Origin: an uncultured Methanobrevibacter sp.
Lineage (GTDB): Archaea; Methanobacteriota; Methanobacteria; Methanobacteriales; Methanobacteriaceae
Assembly: GCF_902771435.1 (NCBI RefSeq)
Contig: NZ_CACXXB010000001.1
Location: 31,723 to 95,722, forward strand
Length of the DNA stretch: 64,000 nt
Direction: 5' to 3'
Shown here: piece after piece, positions 41,184 to 50,818 of the stretch
Layout of the letters: each line of letters starts with the position of its first letter
Position numbering within the stretch: position 1 is the first letter of the stretch
The notes under the pieces: model-generated
The model's database searches: none
Seen by the model: the letters and a program-made list of their open reading frames with translations, nothing else
What the model was told of the DNA's origin: nothing
Program-made: the position numbers and the translations under genes

Positions 41184-42583
41184 TCACCTAATTTACCATA
41201 TTCCTCGATAACATCCTCTATTTTAGTATTATTATTTAACAATGTTATTATATTTTTTCCAGGATTAACATGGTATTTGATACGTTCATACAAAGGTTTT
41301 AAAAATATCTCCTCACCGATTCCCCGTTCTTCAAGACCTGCTGATGCCAAATCGACAACATCCTTTGTGAGCTTACACAATCCCTCCTTATCGACGAATG
41401 CGGGAAGCTCATCCTGAATCAATAGCTTTCTGAGTTCACCGGCAGTATATCCTTTATGGTAAATTACCTCATCACTTGATATTAGCTCGTTCAATTCATC
41501 CAGATTATCTTTTAGACCCAAATGAAATGCTGCAACAGACATTGAATCCTTAATCGGTTGTGTGCACACACTTCTAAACTCAACTGTGCCTCTGAAAGTC
41601 AAATTAATAAATTTAAATGGCCTTAAATATTTTATATCGTTAATTAAAGGCTTAACTTCTATTTTCTTATACTCCCCATTGGAATATATTTCACCGCAAA
41701 CATAATCCTGGTTAAAATAATCCAGGACATTCATTGACGGAAAGTTGATATATGCTCCGTCACGCATTACACAGTAAATATTCATGGATTCAAGATATGA
41801 CTGCAAATCATTCAAATCCTTAAAATCAACGTCATACATTCCGATGTTGTGAGGATTAACACCATGTGTCGAATATTCCCACAATGCATCTCTAAAGCAG
41901 GTTACATGCTTATTCTTATCAATCAAAACTGAATTTGAAAACAGCAATGCCTTAATCGGCTCTATTTTTGAAAATACATTTATGGTTTTGACCAGATCAT
42001 CCTTATAGACATCCAGCTGAACCTGTGAAGCCGAAGAAAACATTCCATATTCGGGATACTCATGGAAATGCATAGGAATATCCTCATAATTGCTAAATGA
42101 TTTCAAATGATGATAAAGCATGAGATATCTCTCTGAAGGAATAGGCTGATTTTCATTGTATTTCCTATATGGATTGATTCCCATTCCAGTCAATGTATGA
42201 TTATATTCTTCAAAGGATTGCTTTACAAATGAATAATATTCACTGAATCGTTCGTTAATAGAGAACAGGTCCTTTTCACGACCCATTGCAAACTCAATGT
42301 TGTTATAAGAACAGTCATAACAGACAATATCATCTGTTTTAGGATTTTTTAGTGCAAATATATTGCCGTCATAGTCTATTCCATTATTTTGAAACTCAGG
42401 ATATTGCTTTTGAAATTCATGAGTGATTTTATGAACAACATCAAAATCAACAGCTTTTTTATCAAGATTGATGATTGGAATTTCTATTTCAACACCTATG
42501 AAATTCTTCTTTTGATTTGTAGGCTTTATAAACTCCTCGTACAATTTGTCTCTTATAATTTCCTCATCAACCATTAGCTTCAT
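41180..42583 (-). CDS. Second glutamate--cysteine ligase-family protein (GCS2/EgtA/plant-like)
   Basis: IGVEIE, ASQVQLD, ALLFSNS, R..LW, VEFRSVC. Confidence 0.75.
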   Translation of the reverse strand: MKLMVDEEIIRDKLYEEFIKPTNQKKNFIGVEIEIPIINLDKKAVDFDVVHKITHEFQKQYPEFQNNGIDYDGNIFALKNPKTDDIVCYDCSYNNIEFAMGREKDLFSINERFSEYYSFVKQSFEEYNHTLTGMGINPYRKYNENQPIPSERYLMLYHHLKSFSNYEDIPMHFHEYPEYGMFSSASQVQLDVYKDDLVKTINVFSKIEPIKALLFSNSVLIDKNKHVTCFRDALWEYSTHGVNPHNIGMYDVDFKDLNDLQSYLESMNIYCVMRDGAYINFPSMNVLDYFNQDYVCGEIYSNGEYKKIEVKPLINDIKYLRPFKFINLTFRGTVEFRSVCTQPIKDSMSVAAFHLGLKDNLDELNELISSDEVIYHKGYTAGELRKLLIQDELPAFVDKEGLCKLTKDVVDLASAGLEERGIGEEIFLKPLYERIKYHVNPGKNIITLLNNNTKIEDVIEEYGKLGD

Positions 42584-43364
42584 CCCTATTCAGTGATTTT
42601 AAAAAGTCTTCCATTGCTTTTTCATGTTCTTCTGTCAATACATATTCATTTTCATGTTCTTCACTTTCAAAAATGATGTTTCCATCAATCAGGCCGAACA
42701 ACTTATTTAATTCGACGGGTTTCCAATTTTCATCATCATTCAAAGGGGTTGTAGCAACCATAAACCCCTCATCATTTTTTAGATAATAAAGTGAATTCCT
42801 CATGTTGGAGTGGATATAAGTTAAGTCCCCATCGTAAATCATCAGGTTAAGTTTGTTATTCTTGGATAAGTCTTTTACAATTTCATTTAATATATTAAAT
42901 CTTTCCTTTATTGTTGACAATGCACCTTTTGACTTTTCAAATTCGTTAATTTTATCAATAATATATAGTAATATTCGCTCAGAATCAGTGTCGCCATTTT
43001 CTTTCTCCGTGTATTCATCAAGCTTTGGATAATCAAATATGGTACCATTATGAATCAGCATCCATGATCGGTTATTATCATCAGCTTCGGTAAAGGGGTG
43101 ACAATTGGGAGATATAATTTCACCGACAGTGGCCAACCTGATATGAGCGAATACATTTTTTCCGACAACAGGATTGGACAATATATCCTTTAAGTGTTGA
43201 CTACATGTTGCTTTTACAGGTTCTTTATCAATAACAAATTCATTTGATTGCATATTAGCTAATCCCCATCCATGTGGATGTTCTTCAGAGTGATTATAAA
43301 AACATTGCAGACATTCATTAACTTGTTTTGGCGTATTTGAATTAAAACAAAAAATTTCACACAT
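42567..43364 (-). CDS. Class II glutamine amidotransferase / EgtC-Dug3-YafJ-like Ntn amidohydrolase
   Basis: (M)CEIF N-terminal Cys nucleophile, HGWG, AHIRLAT.G, NCHPF, HNG, TDSE. Confidence 0.9.
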   Translation of the reverse strand: MCEIFCFNSNTPKQVNECLQCFYNHSEEHPHGWGLANMQSNEFVIDKEPVKATCSQHLKDILSNPVVGKNVFAHIRLATVGEIISPNCHPFTEADDNNRSWMLIHNGTIFDYPKLDEYTEKENGDTDSERILLYIIDKINEFEKSKGALSTIKERFNILNEIVKDLSKNNKLNLMIYDGDLTYIHSNMRNSLYYLKNDEGFMVATTPLNDDENWKPVELNKLFGLIDGNIIFESEEHENEYVLTEEHEKAMEDFLKSLNRDEANG

Positions 43365-43408
43365 ATATTGCCCTCCTTTCATCGGTTATCATAACAAACA
43401 TATTATGA

Positions 43409-43424
43409 TAACAATTGTTATATT
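43409..43424. promoter_or_regulatory. Palindromic operator TAACAATTGTTA(TATT)
   Basis: 12 nt downstream of minus-strand TTTAAATA (43433-43440); overlaps a second IR TTATCATAA/TTATGATAA. Confidence 0.72.
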
Positions 43425-43487
43425 TTTTATGATATTTAAATATTTTCAAAAAACAGTACGAAAAAAAGAAAAAAGGAAAAGATAAAA

Positions 43488-44426
43488 TCAATTATCTTGC
43501 CAGAAAATTTTATCTTCTGAAATAGGTTTCTTTAACACACCTAAATCCACTTCCAAATTCATGAAGTCCATTACATCCTTTTTATAGGTATCATTTAAAC
43601 CTGAAATTAATGGGAAACCTTTAAGAGCTTTCTTTTCAACTTCAACGTCTTTCACAATATCTGCAGGTAATAAACCTGCAGCTTCATCAGTGTTATTGTT
43701 AACAAAAGCAGTTGCATTTTCATGAATCTCTAAAATGGTCTTGGTTTCGTTTTCATGATTTTTAATGAAATCATCTGAAGCCACTACAACACAGCACGGA
43801 TGATTCGGTAAAATTTCAGATGAATTAACCAATACTCTTGCGCCACTTTCCTCAGCAATAGTTACATAAGGCTCAAAAGTAATCATACCATCAATCCTAT
43901 TGGTTTTCAATGCATCATTCATTGAAGGCACTTTCATTGCTGAAACCTTTAAATCATCAATTGACATGCCATTTTCCTTTAAATAATATTTAAGTAACAT
44001 GTGTTGAATTGAAGCATCCCCCGGAGTGGCTATTTTTTTGCCTGCGAGATCTGAAACTGATTGAATTTCTGAGTTTTTAGCTACAACAATACCGCTACCC
44101 TCTGTTTGAGCAGCAGAAATAACTTTAACGGGAACCCCTTTTTCAATAGAGGACAATACAGGAGTAATTCCAACATAACCAACATCAACATCACCACTGG
44201 CCATGGCAGTCATCAAGTCACCACCATTGTTGAATTGAACCAGTTTTGTGTTGATTCCATTTTCAGCAAATTTACCTTGTGCATCAGCTACAAACAATGC
44301 AGCATCATGGTCTGAAGGCAGATATCCAATTGTTACTGTGTCATTAGCACCACCCATGAGGAAATATCCTCCAATGGCAACAATAGCTACAACAGCAACA
44401 ATAATTGCAATAATTTTATTATCCAT
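43488..44426 (-). CDS. SsuA/TauA/NrtA-type ABC substrate-binding protein (copy 2, TM anchor)
   Basis: Same motifs as 33658-34629. Confidence 0.9.
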   Translation of the reverse strand: MDNKIIAIIVAVVAIVAIGGYFLMGGANDTVTIGYLPSDHDAALFVADAQGKFAENGINTKLVQFNNGGDLMTAMASGDVDVGYVGITPVLSSIEKGVPVKVISAAQTEGSGIVVAKNSEIQSVSDLAGKKIATPGDASIQHMLLKYYLKENGMSIDDLKVSAMKVPSMNDALKTNRIDGMITFEPYVTIAEESGARVLVNSSEILPNHPCCVVVASDDFIKNHENETKTILEIHENATAFVNNNTDEAAGLLPADIVKDVEVEKKALKGFPLISGLNDTYKKDVMDFMNLEVDLGVLKKPISEDKIFWQDN

Positions 44427-44469
44427 TAAATCACCAATTATAAATATATAACAAAATTAATTAAAGGTT

Positions 44470-45093
44470 TTGATTATGGTAGCTGAAAAAATAGACCAAT
44501 GCATGAAACCACATGGTGAGGAAGGCATTCAGACAATCGAAAACATGAATGTAAACCACAAAGAGATCTCCAAATTCGCATTTGAATGTGTCACTTTTAA
44601 TGAAAATGCCAAAATCATTGATATCGGCTGCGGAGGGGGAGTCAATATTGAAAAATTCCTTAAACTAACCTCCGGAAATGTGGATGGTTTGGATTATTCT
44701 GAAGTTTCAGTCTCTGAAAGCATCAAAAGAAATTCAGAATCAGTCGAAAATGGACGGTGCAATGTCATTCAAGCAGACGTCAGCAATATGCCTATTAAAA
44801 ATGAAAGTTATGATTTAGTGAGTGCATTTGAAACCATATATTTCTGGCCAAACATCACTGAGACATTCAAAGAAGTATTTCGGATCATCAAACCTCACGG
44901 ACAGTTCATGATAGCACAAGGAACCGATGGAAATCACCCTGATGATGAAAAATGGTTAGCTACCGTAGAAGGAATGAGCGTTTATACCGCCCCGGAATTA
45001 AAAAAATATCTGCTTAATGCGGGTTTTAAAAGTGTTAAAAGCCCTGTTAAGGAAAATGAGCATATTTTAGTTGTTATTGCTCAAAAAGATTAA
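44470..45093 (+). CDS. Class I SAM-dependent methyltransferase
   Basis: IDIGCGGG, GLDYS, AFETIYFW. Confidence 0.9.
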   Translation: MIMVAEKIDQCMKPHGEEGIQTIENMNVNHKEISKFAFECVTFNENAKIIDIGCGGGVNIEKFLKLTSGNVDGLDYSEVSVSESIKRNSESVENGRCNVIQADVSNMPIKNESYDLVSAFETIYFWPNITETFKEVFRIIKPHGQFMIAQGTDGNHPDDEKWLATVEGMSVYTAPELKKYLLNAGFKSVKSPVKENEHILVVIAQKD

Positions 45094-45105
45094 CAGCATT
45101 ATAAG

Positions 45106-47568
45106 TCATTGAAATTCTTTTTGAATCAAATATTTGGCAGTTAAACTGTTTTTGGACTTGAGAACATCATCCAAACTGCCGTTTGCCAATATTTCCCCAC
45201 CATTATAGTTTCCGTCAATGCCGATGTCAATTATATAGTCCGCATTGGCTATCAAATCCAAATCATGTTCAATAACAATGACGGTTGCTCCCCTATCTAT
45301 CAAATTATCAAACACATCGATTAATACCTTGACATCCAAAGGATGAAGGCCTATTGTTGGCTCATCAAAAATGAACACGGAATTTTTCTGGGATTTGCCG
45401 ATTTCAGATGCCAGCTTTAACCTTTGTGCCTCCCCTCCGGATAAACTTGGAGTGGCTTCTCCCAAAGTCAGGTAACCCAATCCCAAATCTGACAGCTTTT
45501 GTAATTTGCCCGTAACCTTTTTAAGTTCAAACAGCTCTTCCAGAGCCTCATCAACAGTTAATGACATGATGTTTGCAAGAGATAGGCCATTGTATTTGGT
45601 TTTTTCAATATCATTATTGTATCTTGAGCCCTCACAGTCCGGACATGTCATCTCAACATCAGGTAAAAACTGCACGTCCATGCTCACGCTACCTGTCCCG
45701 TTACATGTCTCACATCTCAATTTACCCGTATTATAGGAAAAATCTGCAGTCTTATATTCATCTGAGAGTTTTGAAAATTCTCGCCTCAAATCATCCAGGA
45801 CCTTTGAGTAGGTTGCAACAGTACTCCTTACATTTTTTCCAATCGGAACGCTGTCAATCAGATCAATCTTTCTAATGTCTCCACAATCCAAATCCCTAAT
45901 TTCTTCAGGCAAATCCTCGCCGTTAATGTAAGATTTGATTGCCGGATAAAGCGCTTCCAGAAGCAGTGTTGTTTTTCCACTTCCAGACACACCACACACA
46001 GCAGTTAATTTACCTTTGGGTATTTTAACATCCATCTCCTTAACATTATGAATTTCAGAGGTTTTTATTCTAATCTCACCATTTTCAAAAATATCTCCTG
46101 ATTTGTCACGGATAATTATCTTTTCGGAATTTGTTAAAAACGGAGCGATTTGTGAGTTTGAATTTGCCTTGATTTCTTCCAAGGACCCTTTTGCAATAAC
46201 ATTTCCTCCGTCGGCACCTGCAGTTGGTCCAAGCTCAATCATATAATCTGCAATGCTTAGGATTTTTGTGTCGTGGTCCACCAGAATAATTGAATTTCCA
46301 TCTTCAATCAATCTTCTAATAACAGAAATCAGTCCTTCAACATTGTTTGGATGCAGACCTATTGACGGTTCATCGAGAACGTACAGTACTCCTGTAGTAT
46401 GGTTTTTTAGGGTTTTTGCAAGCTGAACCCTTTGAAGTTCACCTGTAGATAATGTGTTAGAAGGCCTGTCAAGTGAAATGTAGCTCAAACCCAAATCCAG
46501 CAAAATGTTTGCATTGTCCATGAATTCCCCCACAATAGCTTCAGCCATCTCTTTAACCTCATCAGGCAGTTGAGCAATGACCTCGGGAATCCATAAAACC
46601 AATTCCTGCAGGTTCATCCTGCAAGCTTCAGCCAAATTAATTCCGCCTAAAAGAGTTTTACGGGCTTTTGAGTTTAGTCTTGTGCCATTGCAGTCGCTGC
46701 AAACTTTAGTTGTTAAAAATTTATTGATTTTGGTTAATCCCTTTTCTGTTTTGGCATTTTTTAAAGCCTCTTCAATTGCACGATGAGCATTTCGGTATTC
46801 TGCATTCAATTCAAACAGCTTACCATTTTTAGAAGGAATATTGATGTATTTTTTAACTGACTGTCCGTTATAGACAATGTCCTTTTCCTCATCAGTCAAA
46901 TCCTTAAATGGAACGTCCAATCTAACGCCCAGCTCTCCTGCTACATGATACATCCATGAGATTCCAAATTGGTTCCAGGCATCAACCGCTCCATTTTCCA
47001 GAGTTTTTGTCTCATCTGACACCAATTTGGAACTGTCCACATCCCTTACAAATCCTGTTCCGCTGCAAGTGGGACATGCTCCATCTGAATTGAACGCGTA
47101 TTCTTCAGCGCCAAGACCATAGAATTCCACACCGCATTCACTGCAGACAATTGGAATTTCACGGGCCACATTTAAAGTAGGTTCATTTAAATGACCATTA
47201 GGACAGGTGTAGCTGCCGCATCGTGAATATAATAATCTTAAAGAGTTTAAAAGTTCGGTTGATGTTCCGAATGTACTTCTGACATTTGGAATGTTAGGCC
47301 TTTGACTTAATGCAAGTGCCGCCGGAACATACTGGATTGAATCTACCTTTGCCTTTTCAACCTGAGATATTCTTCTTCTAGTATAAGTTGAAAGTGCATC
47401 CAGATATCTCCTTGAACCTTCAGAATATAATACTCCAAGAGCCAGGGATGATTTTCCTGATCCTGAAACCCCACTAATTGCTACAATTTTGCCTAATGGA
47501 ATGTCAATGTCAATGTTTTTTAAGTTATGAACTCTGGCTCCTCGAATTATTATCATGTCTTGATACAT
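45106..47568 (-). CDS. uvrA: UvrA-like ABC ATPase (short class II/DrrC-like)
   Basis: HNLKNID, GVSGSGKS, LSTGE, LDEP, second GVSGSGKT/LSGGE, Zn-binding CxxC pairs; 820 aa. Confidence 0.85.
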   Translation of the reverse strand: MYQDMIIIRGARVHNLKNIDIDIPLGKIVAISGVSGSGKSSLALGVLYSEGSRRYLDALSTYTRRRISQVEKAKVDSIQYVPAALALSQRPNIPNVRSTFGTSTELLNSLRLLYSRCGSYTCPNGHLNEPTLNVAREIPIVCSECGVEFYGLGAEEYAFNSDGACPTCSGTGFVRDVDSSKLVSDETKTLENGAVDAWNQFGISWMYHVAGELGVRLDVPFKDLTDEEKDIVYNGQSVKKYINIPSKNGKLFELNAEYRNAHRAIEEALKNAKTEKGLTKINKFLTTKVCSDCNGTRLNSKARKTLLGGINLAEACRMNLQELVLWIPEVIAQLPDEVKEMAEAIVGEFMDNANILLDLGLSYISLDRPSNTLSTGELQRVQLAKTLKNHTTGVLYVLDEPSIGLHPNNVEGLISVIRRLIEDGNSIILVDHDTKILSIADYMIELGPTAGADGGNVIAKGSLEEIKANSNSQIAPFLTNSEKIIIRDKSGDIFENGEIRIKTSEIHNVKEMDVKIPKGKLTAVCGVSGSGKTTLLLEALYPAIKSYINGEDLPEEIRDLDCGDIRKIDLIDSVPIGKNVRSTVATYSKVLDDLRREFSKLSDEYKTADFSYNTGKLRCETCNGTGSVSMDVQFLPDVEMTCPDCEGSRYNNDIEKTKYNGLSLANIMSLTVDEALEELFELKKVTGKLQKLSDLGLGYLTLGEATPSLSGGEAQRLKLASEIGKSQKNSVFIFDEPTIGLHPLDVKVLIDVFDNLIDRGATVIVIEHDLDLIANADYIIDIGIDGNYNGGEILANGSLDDVLKSKNSLTAKYLIQKEFQ

Positions 47569-47625
47569 GATTTAATATTTGCTTTTTGAAAGTATAATAG
47601 TTTTGTTGAAAAAAATAGGAGATGA

Positions 47626-48180
47626 CTAATAGCCTTCACTTTCAAAGTGATTTTGAATTTTCTGGTAAAATTCCTCACTGGTAAAGCCAAAATCATTATT
47701 GAATGACTTATATGCCAAATTACAATCATTGCTTAAATTAAATCTAAAGTCAGGGCATTTGCTGAATAATTTTTGAAAACAATCTTTGGAAAACTCAGGC
47801 AACGGCACATCTTCAAAAGGAACTTTATCAAAAACCATTGTCATAGCGATTGCAAAAACAGTATACTGGAGAACGGAGGCATAAGCATCATAACATCTGC
47901 CATAGCCCAGATTAACATCAAAATAAATCATGAAATTAAGCATTACATGGGAAATCCAAATTATTGAATTTGGCTCATATTTTTCCAACTGCAAATCTAC
48001 AAATTTAAAAAGCAAATCTTCCATGCCAATACCGTCATTGTCCTGGCAGAACTCAACAAACTCTTTAAAAGAATAATTTGTCAAGTATTTAAGATAAGCA
48101 TCCTTTATTTGCTCATCACATGAATATTTCTCAATATTTTTTATATCTTTGCGCCTTAATTTTTTTGGATAGGAAAACAT
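47626..48180 (-). CDS. Hypothetical protein
   Basis: 184-aa ORF. Confidence 0.6.
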   Translation of the reverse strand: MFSYPKKLRRKDIKNIEKYSCDEQIKDAYLKYLTNYSFKEFVEFCQDNDGIGMEDLLFKFVDLQLEKYEPNSIIWISHVMLNFMIYFDVNLGYGRCYDAYASVLQYTVFAIAMTMVFDKVPFEDVPLPEFSKDCFQKLFSKCPDFRFNLSNDCNLAYKSFNNDFGFTSEEFYQKIQNHFESEGY

Positions 48181-48268
48181 AAGAAATCATTTATTTAAAA
48201 TTTTTAACTAAATAAACTTCTATAAAAAATAATTTATAAATTTTTACCAGTCGTGCCAAATACCATGA

Positions 48269-48844
48269 CTAAAGTCTGCCATAATCATTCCAATTTCCAG
48301 GAGTCTTGCCTTCCTTGGTGTTTTTAATGAAATTATTCAACATCTTTTTAAAGACATCCTCATTTTTTCTTTCCTTTTGGATGCTGGCTATCTTAACTCG
48401 TTTATACAACTCCGGAAAACCTGAAAAGTTCATCCAAACTTCATCATCAAATTTCAAAGCCGTCAAAACATCCTCATCAATTGTGAATTTCTCATCCAAA
48501 TCCGGAAGAATTTCAAAACCTGAGGGCATCATCAAATCATTTCGAATCAGCCATCGGCAACGTTCCTTGTTAAGTTCACTCCAATGAGAATTTTTTCGCC
48601 TTGGAGAAAACCTTTGCATCCTGACGCCGTCAATTAATCCATAAGTGGAATCAATCCATCCGAAACTTAATGCAGCATAAACAGCATCAATATATGAAAA
48701 AACGCCCTTTATTGGCTTTCCTCTTTTACATTCAACCCAGCATTCCTTTTGTGAAGAATGATTGTGATATAACCAGTTTCTAAATTCATCACTGGTGCTG
48801 CAGTTCAAAATGTTTTCAGGTTCCATGTGATTAAATATATGCAC
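48269..48844 (-). CDS. YdeI/OmpD-associated family protein
   Basis: FRNWL..NH, YIDAV..AL.FGWIDS, RFSPRR..S.WS..NK. Confidence 0.88.
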   Translation of the reverse strand: MHIFNHMEPENILNCSTSDEFRNWLYHNHSSQKECWVECKRGKPIKGVFSYIDAVYAALSFGWIDSTYGLIDGVRMQRFSPRRKNSHWSELNKERCRWLIRNDLMMPSGFEILPDLDEKFTIDEDVLTALKFDDEVWMNFSGFPELYKRVKIASIQKERKNEDVFKKMLNNFIKNTKEGKTPGNWNDYGRL

Positions 48845-48874
48845 GCTTAAAAAAAAAAGTATAAAAAAGTTATT

Positions 48875-49894
48875 TTACAATAACTCTTTTCTTAAATCGA
48901 TTGTATCTTTTAAATCCGGTCCGGTAGAGATGATTGTTACCGGAACACCAGTTTCTGTTTGAATATCTTCAATGAAAGCTTTGGTCTCAGCTGAAAGTTC
49001 ACTGTAGTCCTGTACACGTGCGCAATCGAATAACCTGTCGACACATGTTAATGCAATTTGAGTTGCACCATTGATTCTGCAGGATTCCTTTGCAAGTTCC
49101 ATATCAAAGTGACCTATTCTTCTGCGCCTTCCAGTTACGACACCATATTCCTCAAGGCCTTTGCTTTCAGCTTCTTCTTGGGTCATTTCTGTTGGGAATG
49201 GCCCTTCTCCAACACGTGAAATATATGCCTTGAATACATTGATGACTTCATCTATTTTAGTTGGACCAACACCAACATCCGCTGCAAATGTGGACGCTGT
49301 TGTGTCTTTACTAGTTACAAATGGATAAGATCCGTAATAAAGTGAAAGAGCAAAACCTTGGGACCCTTCAATAAATACGTCTTCACCATTGTTAATAGCT
49401 TCATTAACTTCTAAAGATACATCTGTAAGGTATTCTTCAAGTTCCGGAATATCACGGGCCAAATCAATTGATCTCATTACTCTATCAGAGTTGGCAGGTC
49501 CGCAACCGGAACCTGTACTTCCAATCTTTTTGGACAAATGTTCTGATTTTTTATCTCGGGATATGTGGTCCTCGTTAATTATTGCACATCTAGGGTCAAC
49601 ACACATCCTTTCCTTTACATTATATTTTTTCAAGTCTTCGAATTCTTTAAATAATACATCCGGATTCACTAAAACTCCAGCTCCAATCATGAGTTTAGCA
49701 CCAGTATGTACAAAGCCTGATGGGGTTAATCTTAAACCATATTTTTCCCCGTTGAATTCAACAGAGTGCCCTGCATTTGGCCCGACTCCTGCACGAGCAA
49801 TAATATCTGGTTTATCAGCATCACAAAGGTAGGTAATGCATTTGCCCTTACCTTCATCTCCCCATGCTCCACCAACTAAAATACTACAAGTCAT
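48875..49894 (-). CDS. purA: Adenylosuccinate synthetase (short archaeal type)
   Basis: [31 protein letters not shown]. Confidence 0.97.
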   Translation of the reverse strand: MTCSILVGGAWGDEGKGKCITYLCDADKPDIIARAGVGPNAGHSVEFNGEKYGLRLTPSGFVHTGAKLMIGAGVLVNPDVLFKEFEDLKKYNVKERMCVDPRCAIINEDHISRDKKSEHLSKKIGSTGSGCGPANSDRVMRSIDLARDIPELEEYLTDVSLEVNEAINNGEDVFIEGSQGFALSLYYGSYPFVTSKDTTASTFAADVGVGPTKIDEVINVFKAYISRVGEGPFPTEMTQEEAESKGLEEYGVVTGRRRRIGHFDMELAKESCRINGATQIALTCVDRLFDCARVQDYSELSAETKAFIEDIQTETGVPVTIISTGPDLKDTIDLRKELL

Positions 49895-50223
49895 CTAATA
49901 ACTCCTTTAAATTAATAAAATTGAAAATTTGTTAATTTTCCATAACACTATTACTATATCATTCATAATTAAAAAGTTTTTCTAAATTAAAAACTATTTA
50001 CATATATCATATATTTAATAGGCAATTGGAACAATTGGCCAAAAGACCACATTACGAAAATTATGAAGCAAGAGCATGGAAAACGACAGTTATGAAGTTT
50101 TGAAAAATGATGCAAGTTTAATTCAAAAAATAATTGATAATATTAATAGATATTGAAAAAAAGTTAATTAAAATATCTATTAAACTAATTTTTTTGACAT
50201 TGAAAATAAAAATAGAAATAAAA

Positions 50224-50817
50224 TTATTTATTAGGATATCTCAACGGATGATTTTCACACATCGGATCTTTAATAATGTTTCTTTTCAGATGATATTTTA
50301 AAAAGTAAAGCATCCATTGGTTAGACAATTCCCTAAGAGATGCATCATCCAATTTTTCATGATTAGTAAAGAAATCCATCTGGTCTCCGCCAACGGCAAT
50401 AGCAATTTCATCTGTTTCAACCAGCATGAAAAAGTCATTGCGAATATTGTGAATGTCAAAATCTTCAACAACAGATATAGTTTTTTCCTTTTTATAATTA
50501 TAGAAAAATTTGTTGAGATACTCAAAATCAACGAATTTTATGTCTTTGACTTTGAATGAAACTTCTTCACTCAACAGCTGATCTTTGAAATTATATTTAG
50601 CCAAAAATTCAATGTCCCAAATATTATTATAAAAAGCGGTAATAAATGAATCAACTGCAAAACGAACAGTAAGAGAAAAGTCCTCACGCTCATTAGGAAC
50701 ACCAAGTTCAACATCCCTGAATTCAATATATATCGAATCCTGAGCTATTTCTATAGAAGTCCATTTCCCTGAGTTAATAATTACGTCACGAATTAATTTT
50801 AGTGATCTGATATTCAT
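50224..50817 (-). CDS. Hypothetical protein
   Basis: 197-aa ORF coupled to the upstream gene (1-nt gap). Confidence 0.7.
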   Translation of the reverse strand: MNIRSLKLIRDVIINSGKWTSIEIAQDSIYIEFRDVELGVPNEREDFSLTVRFAVDSFITAFYNNIWDIEFLAKYNFKDQLLSEEVSFKVKDIKFVDFEYLNKFFYNYKKEKTISVVEDFDIHNIRNDFFMLVETDEIAIAVGGDQMDFFTNHEKLDDASLRELSNQWMLYFLKYHLKRNIIKDPMCENHPLRYPNK

Positions 50818-50818
50818 T

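Noticed and set aside
39780-45093. Complete ergothioneine pathway (EgtA-like, EgtC-like, methyltransferase)
   Set aside because: No EgtB or EanB, and the methyltransferase is a short generic class I enzyme, not EgtD-like
50026-50156. Short coding-like stretch upstream of purA (LEQLAKRPHYENYEARAW / ENDSYEVLKNDASLIQKIIDNINRY)
   Set aside because: Under 45 codons, split across frames and with no recognisable family; possibly a gene remnant but unsupported
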